The notes beneath the pieces are model-generated. The model searched no databases. It was given only the letters and a program-made list of their open reading frames with translations, and was not told the origin of the DNA. The translations under genes were made by a program, and so were the position numbers. From Gammaproteobacteria bacterium (GTDB taxonomy: Bacteria; Pseudomonadota; Gammaproteobacteria; UBA4575): a DNA stretch of 64,000 bases. The stretch is from NCBI GenBank assembly GCA_965243395.1, contig CBDEUS010000001.1, forward strand, positions 256,001 through 320,000. The letters run 5' to 3'. Of the stretch, positions 10,673 to 21,244 are shown piece by piece; the first letter of the stretch is position 1; each line of letters starts with the position of its first letter.

Positions 10673-10867
10673 TTATACAGATTCCCTTTTGAACAAGTTG
10701 CTCTGGGAATTAGCTTTTATGTATTGTCGAATCCACTGCCGTACCAAGCGCGAGGCGCTGTCATCCTCCTCTTTAACCTGGCGCATAAATTCATCGCGTA
10801 AATCACGTGAAATTCTGACTTGTAGTAGTGCTGATTCTGAGGGCTTTTTTACATCGGGTGGTGTCAT
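10673..10867 (-). CDS. ribbon-helix-helix (CopG/Arc-like) DNA-binding protein
   Basis: LLQVRISRDLRDEF...SASRLVRQWIRQYI beta-alpha-alpha pattern. Confidence 0.65.
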   Translation of the reverse strand: MTPPDVKKPSESALLQVRISRDLRDEFMRQVKEEDDSASRLVRQWIRQYIKANSQSNLFKRESV

Positions 10868-11080
10868 AGCATTATCATTCGATTATCATGATAATAGTAT
10901 GACAAATTTCACATTACTATACAAAAAAAGTGGTTTGAAAAGTTACTGGAACGTATTGATATATATTGATATATAAAGAGGCATTCCAGGCATTTGTAGC
11001 TAATTTAGCCTCAATACTACGATATAAATAAGTATATTATTAATAACTAATATATAGAAATCTATGCTTGGTATAGCTAG

Positions 11081-11854
11081 TTGTTGATGGAAAATCTGCA
11101 CCGTTTAATCCAAATTATGCAAAAACTGAGAGATCCCGAGACGGGCTGTCCTTGGGATTTACAGCAAACATTTGCTTCCATCCTCCCATATACCCTGGAG
11201 GAGGTTTATGAAGTGGCTGATGCAATTGATGAGCAAGATTTTATACAGCTTGAAAATGAATTGGGTGATTTGTTGTTGCAAATTGTTTATTACACGCAAC
11301 TGGCCGCAGAGCAAAATTTATTTGATTTTGAAGATGTTGCTAAGAGTATCAGCGATAAGTTAGTGCGTCGGCATCCACATGTATTTAATAAAGAAAATAC
11401 AGATCAACACAAAACCTGGGAACAAATTAAGCAACAAGAACGCGTTGAAATATCAAATTCCAAATGTTTATTGAATGATATTCCTAATGCGATGCCTCAA
11501 TTATTACGCGCAAAAATAATTCAAAAAAGAGTTGCTGCAGTTGGATTTGATTGGTCAGAGTTAAATTCTGTAATTGCAAAAGTTGAAGAAGAGTTAAATG
11601 AATTAAGAGAAGTGATTAATTCGGATAATCAACCAGACAAACTAGAAGAAGAATTAGGTGATTTGTTGTTTTCTGTTGTAAATCTGAGTCGTCATATAAA
11701 AGTTAATGCTGAAAATGCGCTGCGTAAAAGTAATAAGAAATTTACAAAACGGTTTCAATATATTGAAGAATGCCTGGAACAAGAAGACAAGAGCATTAAC
11801 GAGTGTTCGTTAGATGAATTAGAAGCTTATTGGCAACAAGCAAAGTCTGAGTAA
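11081..11854 (+). CDS. mazG: nucleoside triphosphate pyrophosphohydrolase MazG
   Basis: LRDPETGCPWD, EEVYEV, ELGDLL twice, RRHPHVF. Confidence 0.95.
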   Translation: MLMENLHRLIQIMQKLRDPETGCPWDLQQTFASILPYTLEEVYEVADAIDEQDFIQLENELGDLLLQIVYYTQLAAEQNLFDFEDVAKSISDKLVRRHPHVFNKENTDQHKTWEQIKQQERVEISNSKCLLNDIPNAMPQLLRAKIIQKRVAAVGFDWSELNSVIAKVEEELNELREVINSDNQPDKLEEELGDLLFSVVNLSRHIKVNAENALRKSNKKFTKRFQYIEECLEQEDKSINECSLDELEAYWQQAKSE

Positions 11855-11907
11855 GAGGCTTCATATAAAAAGCTTTCTCAACCAAACTGCGATTAAATAA
11901 ATCTCCC

Positions 11908-12756
11908 TCAAACAAATCGCATAGAAAAATCTACAGCCTGCACATGTTTAGTGATGGCACCTATGGAAATATAATCCACGCCCGTTTTTGCAACTTCACG
12001 TATATTTTCTAATGTCATATTTCCAGAAGCTTCAAGTTTCTTTTTCCCATCCGTCATAGAAACGGCTGTTTCCATTTCAGCTAATGAAAAATTATCTAAA
12101 AGAATAACATCAGCTTGTGTGTTTAATGCTTCTTTGAGTTGTTCTGTGCTTTCCACTTCTACTTCTAGCTTAAGAGCAGGGTGTTGTTGCTTGGCTGAAT
12201 TTACTGCGTTGGAAACAGAACCTGAAGTGGCGATATGGTTTTCTTTTATTAAAATTGCATCGTATAAACCCATCCGATGATTTTTTCCGCCTCCACAGCG
12301 CACTGCGTATTTTTGTGCATAGCGCATTCCGGGTACAGTTTTACGTGTATCTAGAATTTCCGCACCTGTCCCTGCTATGCGGTCAACATAAGTTTTAGTT
12401 GTTGTTGCTGTGCCGGATAAGGTCTGTAAAAAGTTTAGTGCGGTACGTTCGCCAGTTAAGATTGCTTGTGCGTTTCCGTTAAGTTGGCATACCTTTGCAT
12501 CGACTTCCATAATATCCCCATCATGATAAGTCCACTCTAGGTTAATGTTAGGGTCCAGTTGATGAAATGTTAGCTCGAACCATTTTTGTCCACACAATAC
12601 AGCTTCTTCACGGCAAATTACGATTGCCGAAGCCGTTTCATTATTGCTGAATGAAGCTGCTGTAACATCGCCCGTACCAACATCTTCTTTTAGTGCAATG
12701 CTGACCGATTGGCTGATTTCTTGCAAAGCATCCTTGCTATGGCTGGTTAATTCCAT
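11908..12756 (-). CDS. nadC: quinolinate phosphoribosyltransferase
   Basis: ERTALNF, DTRKT, NHRMGLYD, KENH, EASGN. Confidence 0.96.
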   Translation of the reverse strand: MELTSHSKDALQEISQSVSIALKEDVGTGDVTAASFSNNETASAIVICREEAVLCGQKWFELTFHQLDPNINLEWTYHDGDIMEVDAKVCQLNGNAQAILTGERTALNFLQTLSGTATTTKTYVDRIAGTGAEILDTRKTVPGMRYAQKYAVRCGGGKNHRMGLYDAILIKENHIATSGSVSNAVNSAKQQHPALKLEVEVESTEQLKEALNTQADVILLDNFSLAEMETAVSMTDGKKKLEASGNMTLENIREVAKTGVDYISIGAITKHVQAVDFSMRFV

Positions 12757-12786
12757 TTTTCATTATTATTTTAAGTTGTAAATGAA

Positions 12787-14121
12787 TTAATTTTTATTCA
12801 AATAATCTTTAGTAACTTTAAAGATTACCGGGCTCAATAGTGCGAGCGCGATTAAGTTAGGTATTGCCATAAAGCCATTCATAACATCCGCAAGCAACCA
12901 AACAAAATTGAGTTTAATTAATGCGCCTGTCATCACCGCTACAACCCAAACTATTCTGTAAGGAATTATGATGGCAGTACCGAAAATAAATTCAGCACAG
13001 CGTTCACCGTAGTAACTCCAGCCTAAGAGAGTGGTAAATGCAAAAACGACTAAACCAATGGTGACAATATAATTTCCTCCCGTAATTCCTTGTCCAAATG
13101 CAAGAGTGGAGAGTGAAGCGCCGTTTTCACCGCTTGTCCAAGCGCCCGTTAATATAATAACCAGTGCGGTCATGGTGCATATGATAATAGTGTCAATAAA
13201 AGTTCCCAGCATACCAATCATGCCTTGACGCACGGGATCGTTTGTTTGTGCAGCAGCATGTGCTATAGGAGCGCTGCCTAAACCTGCTTCATTAGAAAAT
13301 ACACCTCGTGCGACACCAAATCGAATCGCTGCCCAAACAGCTGCACCTGCAAACCCACCTGTTGCAGCAGTGCCACTGAATGCGCTAGTAAATATTAGGC
13401 TAAATGCATTTCCAACTTGTCCTATGTTGGCAATAATTACAATTAAAGAACCTACGATATAAGCAACGGCCATAATTGGAACAAGTTTGCCAGCCACTTC
13501 ACCTATACGTTTAACACCACCAATTATCACTAAGCCCACAAGTATTGCTAAAACAATTCCAGTGATCATAGGGTCTATGTTGAAGTTACTTTTCAATGCA
13601 TCGGCGACTGAATTGGATTGCACCATGTTTCCTATTCCAAACGCGGCAATAGTCCCGAACAATGCAAATGAAAATCCTAACCATTTCCAGTTTTCACCTA
13701 AACCATTTTTAATGTAGTACATGGGGCCACCTTGGCGTTTGCCACGCGAATCTACTTCTCTGTATTTCACCGCGAGGACGGCTTCTCCATATTTTGTTGC
13801 CATGCCAAACAAGGCGGTTATCCACATCCAAAAAATTGCGCCAGGACCACCCAAGAAAATAGCAGTTGCTACACCAGCAATATTTCCTGTACCAATTGTT
13901 GCCGAGAGTGCGGTCATTAATGCCTGGAAGGGACTAATGTCACCTTGATCTTTATCTGCTTGCCCGGAAAAAAGTAACTTAAATCCATGACCCAGTTTTC
14001 GCCAAGGCATGAGTTTTAAGCCGATGCTTAAATAAACACCAACACCCAATAGCAGTGCCAACATGATAGGGCCCCAGATGAAACTACTGAGCTGATTTAA
14101 AAGCGACGTAATGGCTTCCAT
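12787..14121 (-). CDS. alanine/glycine:cation symporter (AgcS family)
   Basis: ATIGTGNIAGVA, GGPGAIFWMW, RGVFSNEAGLGSAP. Confidence 0.95.
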   Translation of the reverse strand: MEAITSLLNQLSSFIWGPIMLALLLGVGVYLSIGLKLMPWRKLGHGFKLLFSGQADKDQGDISPFQALMTALSATIGTGNIAGVATAIFLGGPGAIFWMWITALFGMATKYGEAVLAVKYREVDSRGKRQGGPMYYIKNGLGENWKWLGFSFALFGTIAAFGIGNMVQSNSVADALKSNFNIDPMITGIVLAILVGLVIIGGVKRIGEVAGKLVPIMAVAYIVGSLIVIIANIGQVGNAFSLIFTSAFSGTAATGGFAGAAVWAAIRFGVARGVFSNEAGLGSAPIAHAAAQTNDPVRQGMIGMLGTFIDTIIICTMTALVIILTGAWTSGENGASLSTLAFGQGITGGNYIVTIGLVVFAFTTLLGWSYYGERCAEFIFGTAIIIPYRIVWVVAVMTGALIKLNFVWLLADVMNGFMAIPNLIALALLSPVIFKVTKDYLNKN

Positions 14122-14291
14122 TAACTCCTCCCTTCTACAGAGTGTAGAGAATTATTTTTATATTTTAAGTCCTGAAAAGTGATGCTTATTATTCTATTTT
14201 TTACTTTTCATGTAATGAACAATATTGCTCATTTTTGCCATCATTAGACAGTGTACAAGCGCAATGCTACCCTGAATTCAAAGGGATATCT

Positions 14292-15293
14292 ATGGATACG
14301 CCAACCCTCAATAAACGCTTCCATTTGCGGCAATTGTCCTCTCAAGACAATCTAGAAATGCTGCGTCAAGATGTAAAGCTGGGATTAATAGAACGACCAC
14401 GCACTTTACCGCCAAAATATTTTTACGATGAGGCAGGATCTAAACTATTCGATTTGATATGTAAAACTCAAGATTATTATCCCACGCGTACAGAACTGGC
14501 ATTAATACAAAAGCATGCGAATGAAATTGTTGCCTTAGCAAATTCTCATAATTGTGTAGAGCTTGGTGCCGGCACTTCTGCAAAAACTGAAGTATTACTT
14601 TCTGAGATCAGCACTTATTTTAATAAAAGAAAATTTAGTTATGTAAGTATTGATGTTTGTGAAGAAGTATTAGTCGAAACTGCACAGCGCTTATTAAGTA
14701 AATTTGAAAATTTAATTATTCAATCTATAGTTGGAGAATATATTCCTTCTATCCAGGTTTTGCCCAAATTTGATGCTCCGGTTTTGTATACATTTATTGG
14801 CAGCTCAATTGGGAACTTTACAGAGCAAGAATCAATTAAGCTTTTATCTAGCGTAGCGAAAAAAATGACATACGATGACCATTTTTTAATTGGCATGGAT
14901 AGAGTCAAGGATAAAAAAGTTCTTGAACAGGCTTATGATGATAGTGAAGGTGTGACAGCAAAGTTTAACCTAAATGTATTAACGGTTCTTAATAATAGTT
15001 TGGGAGCGGATTTCGATTTGGAGAACTTTTCACATCAAGCTGTTTATAATGAAGATGACGAACAAATTGAAATGTATTTAATTTCAAACTCTGATCAGCA
15101 AGTGCATTTTGTTGACCTAAATGAAACGCTACACTTTGAAAAAGATGAGAAAATTCTTACTGAGATAAGTCGCAAGTACTCAAAAGAATCTATACATAAG
15201 TTATTGGGAAAAAGCGGACTTGTTGAAGTAAAGCATTATGAGCCAGATAACAAATACTTTTCGTTAGTATTGGCCAAGCGAAAAAAAGAATAG
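14292..15293 (+). CDS. egtD: L-histidine N-alpha-methyltransferase
   Basis: LPPKYFYDEAGSKLFD, YYPTRTE, ELGAG, GSSIGNF, AYDD..GVT..FNLN, TEISRKY. Confidence 0.9.
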   Translation: MDTPTLNKRFHLRQLSSQDNLEMLRQDVKLGLIERPRTLPPKYFYDEAGSKLFDLICKTQDYYPTRTELALIQKHANEIVALANSHNCVELGAGTSAKTEVLLSEISTYFNKRKFSYVSIDVCEEVLVETAQRLLSKFENLIIQSIVGEYIPSIQVLPKFDAPVLYTFIGSSIGNFTEQESIKLLSSVAKKMTYDDHFLIGMDRVKDKKVLEQAYDDSEGVTAKFNLNVLTVLNNSLGADFDLENFSHQAVYNEDDEQIEMYLISNSDQQVHFVDLNETLHFEKDEKILTEISRKYSKESIHKLLGKSGLVEVKHYEPDNKYFSLVLAKRKKE

Positions 15294-15301
15294 TTTTTAG
15301 A

Positions 15302-16204
15302 TTAGGCTAGCAAATTTTCCATTAGTGCTTTTTGCGCATGTAAACGATTTTCTGCTTCGTCCCACACTACGCTTTGTGCACCATCTAACACATCCGCTGT
15401 TACTTCTTCTCCACGGTGTGCGGGCAAACAATGCATAAATAACGCATCTTTATTGGCTATGGACAGCAATTCTTTATTTACCTGAAACGCTTGAAATACT
15501 TTTACTCTCTCGTTTTGTTCTTCTTCTTGGCCCATGCTGGCCCATACATCTGTAACCACTAGATCGGCCTGCTCGATAGCCTGTTTAGCGTCATGTGAAA
15601 TTTGAACACAATCGTTTGCATTCTTAACAATTTCTGCATTAGGGCAATAGTTTTGTGGGCAAGCAATGTTGAGTTGAAAGCCAAGTTGTTTTGCAGCGTT
15701 AATATAAGAGTGGCACATGTTGTTTCCATCACCAATCCAGGCGACTTTGGCGCCTTTGATGTCGCCACGGTGCTCAAACCAAGTCTGCATATCAGCCAGT
15801 AGCTGACAAGGATGGTATAAGTCTGTGAGACCATTAATGACGGGTATAGAAGAGTGAGCGGCAAAAATTTCTACATTTTTGTGTTCAAAAGTTCTAATCA
15901 TCACACCATCTACCATTCTTGATAGCACTCTTGCACTGTCTTCAATCGGTTCGCCGCGTCCAAATTGAGTATCTTTTGGAGATAAAAACAAGGCATGACC
16001 ACCTAACTGAACCATACCTGCTTCAAATGAAACCCGTGTTCGTGTGGAAGATTTATCAAAAATCATTGCCAGTGTTTTATTTTGCAAAGGGGTGTGATGT
16101 TCGCCGACCTTGAGCATCTTTTTAAGCTCGATAGCACGTGCTAACAATGCCCGAATTTCATCTGGGCTGTAATCCAGCAATGTTAAAAAATGGCGTGTGT
16201 TCAT
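15302..16204 (-). CDS. argF: ornithine carbamoyltransferase
   Basis: [29 protein letters not shown]. Confidence 0.96.
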   Translation of the reverse strand: MNTRHFLTLLDYSPDEIRALLARAIELKKMLKVGEHHTPLQNKTLAMIFDKSSTRTRVSFEAGMVQLGGHALFLSPKDTQFGRGEPIEDSARVLSRMVDGVMIRTFEHKNVEIFAAHSSIPVINGLTDLYHPCQLLADMQTWFEHRGDIKGAKVAWIGDGNNMCHSYINAAKQLGFQLNIACPQNYCPNAEIVKNANDCVQISHDAKQAIEQADLVVTDVWASMGQEEEQNERVKVFQAFQVNKELLSIANKDALFMHCLPAHRGEEVTADVLDGAQSVVWDEAENRLHAQKALMENLLA

Positions 16205-16212
16205 TAAAATAG

Positions 16213-17403
16213 TTATTTCAAGTCATCAGTGAATGCTTCGATACAATCAACAAGGGTTTCAATCATGTCGTTAGCATTATTTTTATCAAAAATTAACGGG
16301 GGTAATAATCTAATAACACGTTCCGCAGTTACATTTATGAGCAGCTTTTTATTCAAACAATGGTCAACTAATTCTATACAAGGTGTATCCATTTCTATGC
16401 CAATCATCAAACCTTTTCCACGCACTTCTTTTATATGTGCATTTGTTGAAAGTTTATTCTTTAATGTATCAACAATATAGTTTCCGATTAAATTTGCATT
16501 TTCAATTAGATTTTCTTGTTCAATGACGTTAATGGTTTCAAGCGCTGCCCGACATGCTAAGGGGTTACCGCCAAATGTAGACCCATGAGAGCCTGGTGCA
16601 AATAAATCGGCTACATATTTTTTTGCTAAACATGCGCCAATGGGTAGACCATTACCTAGCCCTTTGGCCGTAATAAGTACATCGGGTTGTATTGAATCGT
16701 GTTGAAAGCAGAACCATTTTCCAGTACGACCGTTCCCAGTTTGCACTTCATCCAGCATCAGTAATATTTCATGTTGTTCACATAAGGCTTTTAATTCAGC
16801 AAGGTAAGAAGATGCAGGAATATTAATGCCACCTTCACCTTGAATCGGTTCTACTAAAATTGCAGAAATATTAGTGTGGTTTTTTAATATATTTTTTATT
16901 GCAGATACATCATTGAAAGGTGCTCTTACAAATCCTGGGACAAGTGGTTCAAATCCTGCTTGTACTTTTCTATTACCCGTAGCCGTAAGTGTTGCCATGG
17001 TGCGGCCATGGAAACTATTTTCCATTACAATGATAGTAGGTTCGTTAATTCCTTTATGGTGTCCGTACACTCGAGCAAGTTTAATAGCTGCTTCATTTAC
17101 TTCTGCGCCTGAATTACCAAAGAACGCTGCATCCATGCCGGAGAGTTCACAAAGTTTGTTTCCAAGCATTTCTTGTAATTCAATATGATAAATATTTGAA
17201 GTGTGTGTCAGAGTTGCAGCTTGATCGGAAACGGCATGTGTAATCTTAGGATGAGCGTGGCCCAAACCACACACTGCGATACCTGATAAGGCATCCATGT
17301 ATTTTTCATTATTATCCGAGTACAGCCACACGCCTTCCCCTTTCACAAACGTTACGGGTTTACGCGCATAAGTACTCATCAAGCTATTTGCTGATTTAGG
17401 CAT
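16213..17403 (-). CDS. argD: acetylornithine aminotransferase
   Basis: [35 protein letters not shown]; upstream of argF. Confidence 0.93.
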   Translation of the reverse strand: MPKSANSLMSTYARKPVTFVKGEGVWLYSDNNEKYMDALSGIAVCGLGHAHPKITHAVSDQAATLTHTSNIYHIELQEMLGNKLCELSGMDAAFFGNSGAEVNEAAIKLARVYGHHKGINEPTIIVMENSFHGRTMATLTATGNRKVQAGFEPLVPGFVRAPFNDVSAIKNILKNHTNISAILVEPIQGEGGINIPASSYLAELKALCEQHEILLMLDEVQTGNGRTGKWFCFQHDSIQPDVLITAKGLGNGLPIGACLAKKYVADLFAPGSHGSTFGGNPLACRAALETINVIEQENLIENANLIGNYIVDTLKNKLSTNAHIKEVRGKGLMIGIEMDTPCIELVDHCLNKKLLINVTAERVIRLLPPLIFDKNNANDMIETLVDCIEAFTDDLK

Positions 17404-17486
17404 ATCGATTCATATAAATAAAAACGGCAGCCATATAGCTGCCGAAAGCGAGATTATACTGCTGCCTAAAAAATAAGCAAAATATA

Positions 17487-17520
17487 ATAAGCCTGCCCAA
17501 TAGTTATAAGGCAGGCTTAT
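17487..17520 (-). terminator. hairpin downstream of PuuD-like gene
   Basis: ATAAGCCTGCC...GGCAGGCTTAT inverted repeat. Confidence 0.55.
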
Positions 17521-17549
17521 ATAAAGCTTATGCAGTTGTTAGATAACGG

Positions 17550-18131
17550 TTAGAAAAACAATCCGTGTCCTGCCGCAACCATGCACGCAAGCATTGGGAT
17601 AGATAACAAAGTGTTGGTTCGTGATGCCATAAAAGCGATTTTCTTAGCTTTAGCTTTTTCATCATCACTTGCTTCTTTAATGCCAAGCACTTTTTTCTGG
17701 TTTGGCCAAATTAAGCCCCAAACATTTAATAGCATAATGGTGCCTAACCATGCTCCAACGCCGATTACAGTAACACCATTAGTGAAGAAAAAGTTTTCCA
17801 TAATTCCACCTACATAGTGCAAAGCTGCTGCACCGGTTAACCAGGTGACAACTGCACCCCAGCGAAACCAAGCTAGAGCACGTGGTGCTACATATTTTCC
17901 AATAGCAGCAGGTCCAGGTCCGCTACTATCTGCTGTTGCTTCACCCATTGCGGGTACTTGCACAAAATTGAAATAATATAGAAGGCCAATCCAAACAATA
18001 CCTGCTAATACATGGAACCATACAATAAGTGACCAAGTATTTATTGCATTAGGATCAAACGCAAATGCAATGATGATTGCAAGAATAAAGCCCGCAATTA
18101 TTGTGCCAAGGATAGAATTTAAAGGATTCAT
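17550..18131 (-). CDS. urate hydroxylase PuuD-like membrane protein
   Basis: WFHVLAGIVWIGLLYYFNFVQ, NVWGLIWPNQKK, SRTNTLLSIP. Confidence 0.8.
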   Translation of the reverse strand: MNPLNSILGTIIAGFILAIIIAFAFDPNAINTWSLIVWFHVLAGIVWIGLLYYFNFVQVPAMGEATADSSGPGPAAIGKYVAPRALAWFRWGAVVTWLTGAAALHYVGGIMENFFFTNGVTVIGVGAWLGTIMLLNVWGLIWPNQKKVLGIKEASDDEKAKAKKIAFMASRTNTLLSIPMLACMVAAGHGLFF

Positions 18132-18366
18132 AAGACGCGCCTCACTGAAATAAATATCGTTATTATTATGAATGTGCCATATTTGGCTTAATTCTTATAA
18201 GTGATAATTATAACGAACCTGCAAGGCTAACTTAAAGTTTAATTTTAAGTGTATGAATCTTCTCCAATTAATTTATATGTTCTTTAGTAGATATTTGAGT
18301 TGTCATAGGTTGGTCATGGGTATAGGCACCCGTTCGTTTTCATTCAAAAAATTATGATTCAGTAGT

Positions 18367-20154
18367 ATGTGTGGTATTTGTGGCGAATTACGCTTGGATA
18401 ATAAAGCAGCAGATCAGGAAACTATTCAGCGTATGTTAGTGCCTTTGCGGAGGCGTGGTCCAGATAATGAAGGCGTTTTCATTTCTAAGATGATTGGTTT
18501 TGGGCATCGGCGTTTATCAATTATTGATTTGTCGAATAATGCAAACCAGCCTATGCACGATAATGTCCATAACTTAACTATCGTATTCAATGGAACCATT
18601 TATAACTACCCTGAATTACGAGAACAACTTAAACAGAAAGGGCATAAATTTAATTCTACGGGAGATACAGAAGTTATTCTCAAGGCCTATGCCGAATGGG
18701 GGAAAGAAAGTGTAGCCAAATTAATTGGCATGTTTGCATTTGCAATATGGGATGCGAACAAACAAGAAATGTTCTTAGCGCGTGATCGTTTAGGGATCAA
18801 ACCACTTTATTTTTCAAAACATAAAAATTTTTTTCGGTTTGCATCTAATTCGCAAGCATTATTGGCAGCAGGTGACATCAATACAGAATTTGATCCTATT
18901 GGTTTACATCATCATTTAAGTTTACATGCGGTGGTGCCAGCACCTACTACAATCTTAAAAGGTTTGCGCAAGGTGCCGCCCGCGCATTACATGATAATTA
19001 ATTTAAAAGGTGAGGTGATCACGCAACGCTATTGGTACTTAGATGCAAATCAAGTTGATGATCAGCGTAGTGAACAAGATTGGATTGAGGCTATTCAAGC
19101 TTCATTAAACACTGCAGTAGAACGCAGATTAAATATTGCAGATGTCCCGGTTGGTGTGTTGCTGTCCGGAGGTTTAGATTCAAGCCTGCTAGTGGGGTTG
19201 CTTGCTGATTCTGGTGTTGAAAATCTTCAGACTTATTCGGTTGGTTTTGAGGATCAGCCAGAAGAACAGGGCAATGAATTTGAATATTCTGATGCAGTAG
19301 TAGAAAAATTTTCTACTCAGCATCATAAGTTCTATATCAAGAATGGTGATGTATTAAATAGATTGCCTGAAGCCATTGAGCAAATGGCCGAACCTATGGT
19401 GGGCCAGGATGCTATTGCATTTTATTTATTAGCTGAGCAAGTGAGCCAACATATTTCGGTGGTGCAATCAGGTCAGGGGGCGGACGAAGTATTTGGGGGC
19501 TACTTTTGGTATCCGCTGATGCAAGCAGAAAATGATTTTTCGGTGGAAAATTTTGCTAAGCACTATTTTGATCGTGATCATAAAGAAATGTCAGAAGCGC
19601 TTCGTACAGAGTTAATTAGTGAAGACTTTACATCTCAAAAAGTTGCTCAATTATTAGATACTACAAATACTAAAGACTTTTTAGCAGCCGTTTTGCAAAT
19701 GGATATAACTACTTTGATTGTAGACGACCCCGTTAAACGCGTGGATAACATGACAATGGCATATGGTTTGGAAGCACGTGTGCCTTTTTTAGACCATGAA
19801 TTGGTTGAATTAGCAATGCAAATGCCTAACCAGTACAAAACAAGTAGTGGCGGTAAACATATACTTAAAAAGATTGCGCGTGGTTTATTGCCAGATAAAG
19901 TGATCGATCGACGGAAAGGGTATTTTCCGGTGCCCGCACTTAAGTATGTACGCGGTGAATTTTTAGAGTTCATGCGTGATATTTTGAATTCTGATGCATG
20001 TAAAAAACGCAGATTGTTTCAGTCTTCTTACGTGAATAAGTTATTGAATAAACCAGAAGACTATATGACACCACTGCAAGGCAGTAAGCTATGGCACTTG
20101 GCCTTATTAGAGCTATGGTTGCAGCGCAATGTGGATACATCTATTGCTACGTAA
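18367..20154 (+). CDS. AsnB-family amidotransferase, N-acetylglutaminylglutamine amidotransferase-like
   Basis: MCGICGE N-terminus, SGGLDSS, SGQGADE, DDPVKRVDNMTMA, GSKLW. Confidence 0.85.
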   Translation: MCGICGELRLDNKAADQETIQRMLVPLRRRGPDNEGVFISKMIGFGHRRLSIIDLSNNANQPMHDNVHNLTIVFNGTIYNYPELREQLKQKGHKFNSTGDTEVILKAYAEWGKESVAKLIGMFAFAIWDANKQEMFLARDRLGIKPLYFSKHKNFFRFASNSQALLAAGDINTEFDPIGLHHHLSLHAVVPAPTTILKGLRKVPPAHYMIINLKGEVITQRYWYLDANQVDDQRSEQDWIEAIQASLNTAVERRLNIADVPVGVLLSGGLDSSLLVGLLADSGVENLQTYSVGFEDQPEEQGNEFEYSDAVVEKFSTQHHKFYIKNGDVLNRLPEAIEQMAEPMVGQDAIAFYLLAEQVSQHISVVQSGQGADEVFGGYFWYPLMQAENDFSVENFAKHYFDRDHKEMSEALRTELISEDFTSQKVAQLLDTTNTKDFLAAVLQMDITTLIVDDPVKRVDNMTMAYGLEARVPFLDHELVELAMQMPNQYKTSSGGKHILKKIARGLLPDKVIDRRKGYFPVPALKYVRGEFLEFMRDILNSDACKKRRLFQSSYVNKLLNKPEDYMTPLQGSKLWHLALLELWLQRNVDTSIAT

Positions 20155-20208
20155 CAACATCACAGTAAAATATTGCCTAAATCTTTAGATCATTTGGAGC
20201 ATAGTAAA

Positions 20209-20523
20209 ATGGATGTATTGGAACGTATTAAAGAACAAGTGGAGTCGAATTCTGTAATTCTATACATGAAGGGCACACCGCAAATGCCACAGTGTGGTTT
20301 TTCAAGTCGTACTGCAGAAGCATTAAAATCTTGTGGAAAAGAATTTGCGTATGTAAATGTGTTAATGGATCCCGAGATTTTTGAGAACTTGCCAAGATTT
20401 GCAGACTGGCCAACATTCCCTCAGTTGTACATTAATGGTGAGCTCGTTGGAGGATGTGATATTACTCTGGAGTTACATGAAAAAGGTGATTTGCAAAAAA
20501 TGGTCGACGAAGCCTCGGCTTGA
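20209..20523 (+). CDS. grxD: monothiol glutaredoxin Grx4
   Basis: MKGTP..PQCGFS, WPTFPQL, GGCD. Confidence 0.95.
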   Translation: MDVLERIKEQVESNSVILYMKGTPQMPQCGFSSRTAEALKSCGKEFAYVNVLMDPEIFENLPRFADWPTFPQLYINGELVGGCDITLELHEKGDLQKMVDEASA

Positions 20524-20530
20524 ATACAAG

Positions 20531-21160
20531 TTACTCAGAGGCTTTTAGTTCTTTCCATAAATTCATTATTTTACAAAATACATCTGCCGTTTTTTCGGCA
20601 TCATAAATTGCAGAGTGGGCGTTGTTATTATCCCACTCTATTTCTGCTGCCTCTGCAATTCTGGATAATACTGTTTGACCATATGCTAATGCGCCAAGGG
20701 TTACCGTATCTAAACTGCTAAAAGGGTGAAAAGGACTATTTTTAATATTATTGCGTGCAGCAGCAGCGTTGAGAAATCCAAGGTCAAAAAATGCATTGTG
20801 ACCGACAAGTATGGCACGCGTACATTTATTCTCTTTTACATGTTTGCGTATGGGTTTGAAAATTTCAGGTAGTGCTTGTTTTTCATCAAGCGCAATTCTT
20901 AAAGGGTGAAAGGGGTCAATACCATTTATTTCTAAAGAGGCTTGTTCCAGATTTGCACCCTCAAATGGTTTGACATGTGTAGATATAGTTTCTTTTCTAT
21001 ATAGCTCGCCATCTTGATTCATGCTGATGAGCACCGCAGCAATTTCGAGTAATGCATCCGTTTCTGAATTGAAACCTCCAGTTTCAACGTCAATCACTAC
21101 CGGGCAAAATCCACGTAAATGATTGGCGAAAGGGATAAATTCTTGTGCTTCTTCGCTCAC
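20531..21160 (-). CDS. rnt: ribonuclease T
   Basis: [33 protein letters not shown]. Confidence 0.95.
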   Translation of the reverse strand: MSEEAQEFIPFANHLRGFCPVVIDVETGGFNSETDALLEIAAVLISMNQDGELYRKETISTHVKPFEGANLEQASLEINGIDPFHPLRIALDEKQALPEIFKPIRKHVKENKCTRAILVGHNAFFDLGFLNAAAARNNIKNSPFHPFSSLDTVTLGALAYGQTVLSRIAEAAEIEWDNNNAHSAIYDAEKTADVFCKIMNLWKELKASE

Positions 21161-21244
21161 CTAGATTTTCTTTTGCTAGCTAATGAGTACATTCAAGTTA
21201 TAATTCTCATAAATTCAAACTATTCATCTAACAGATTACATACT

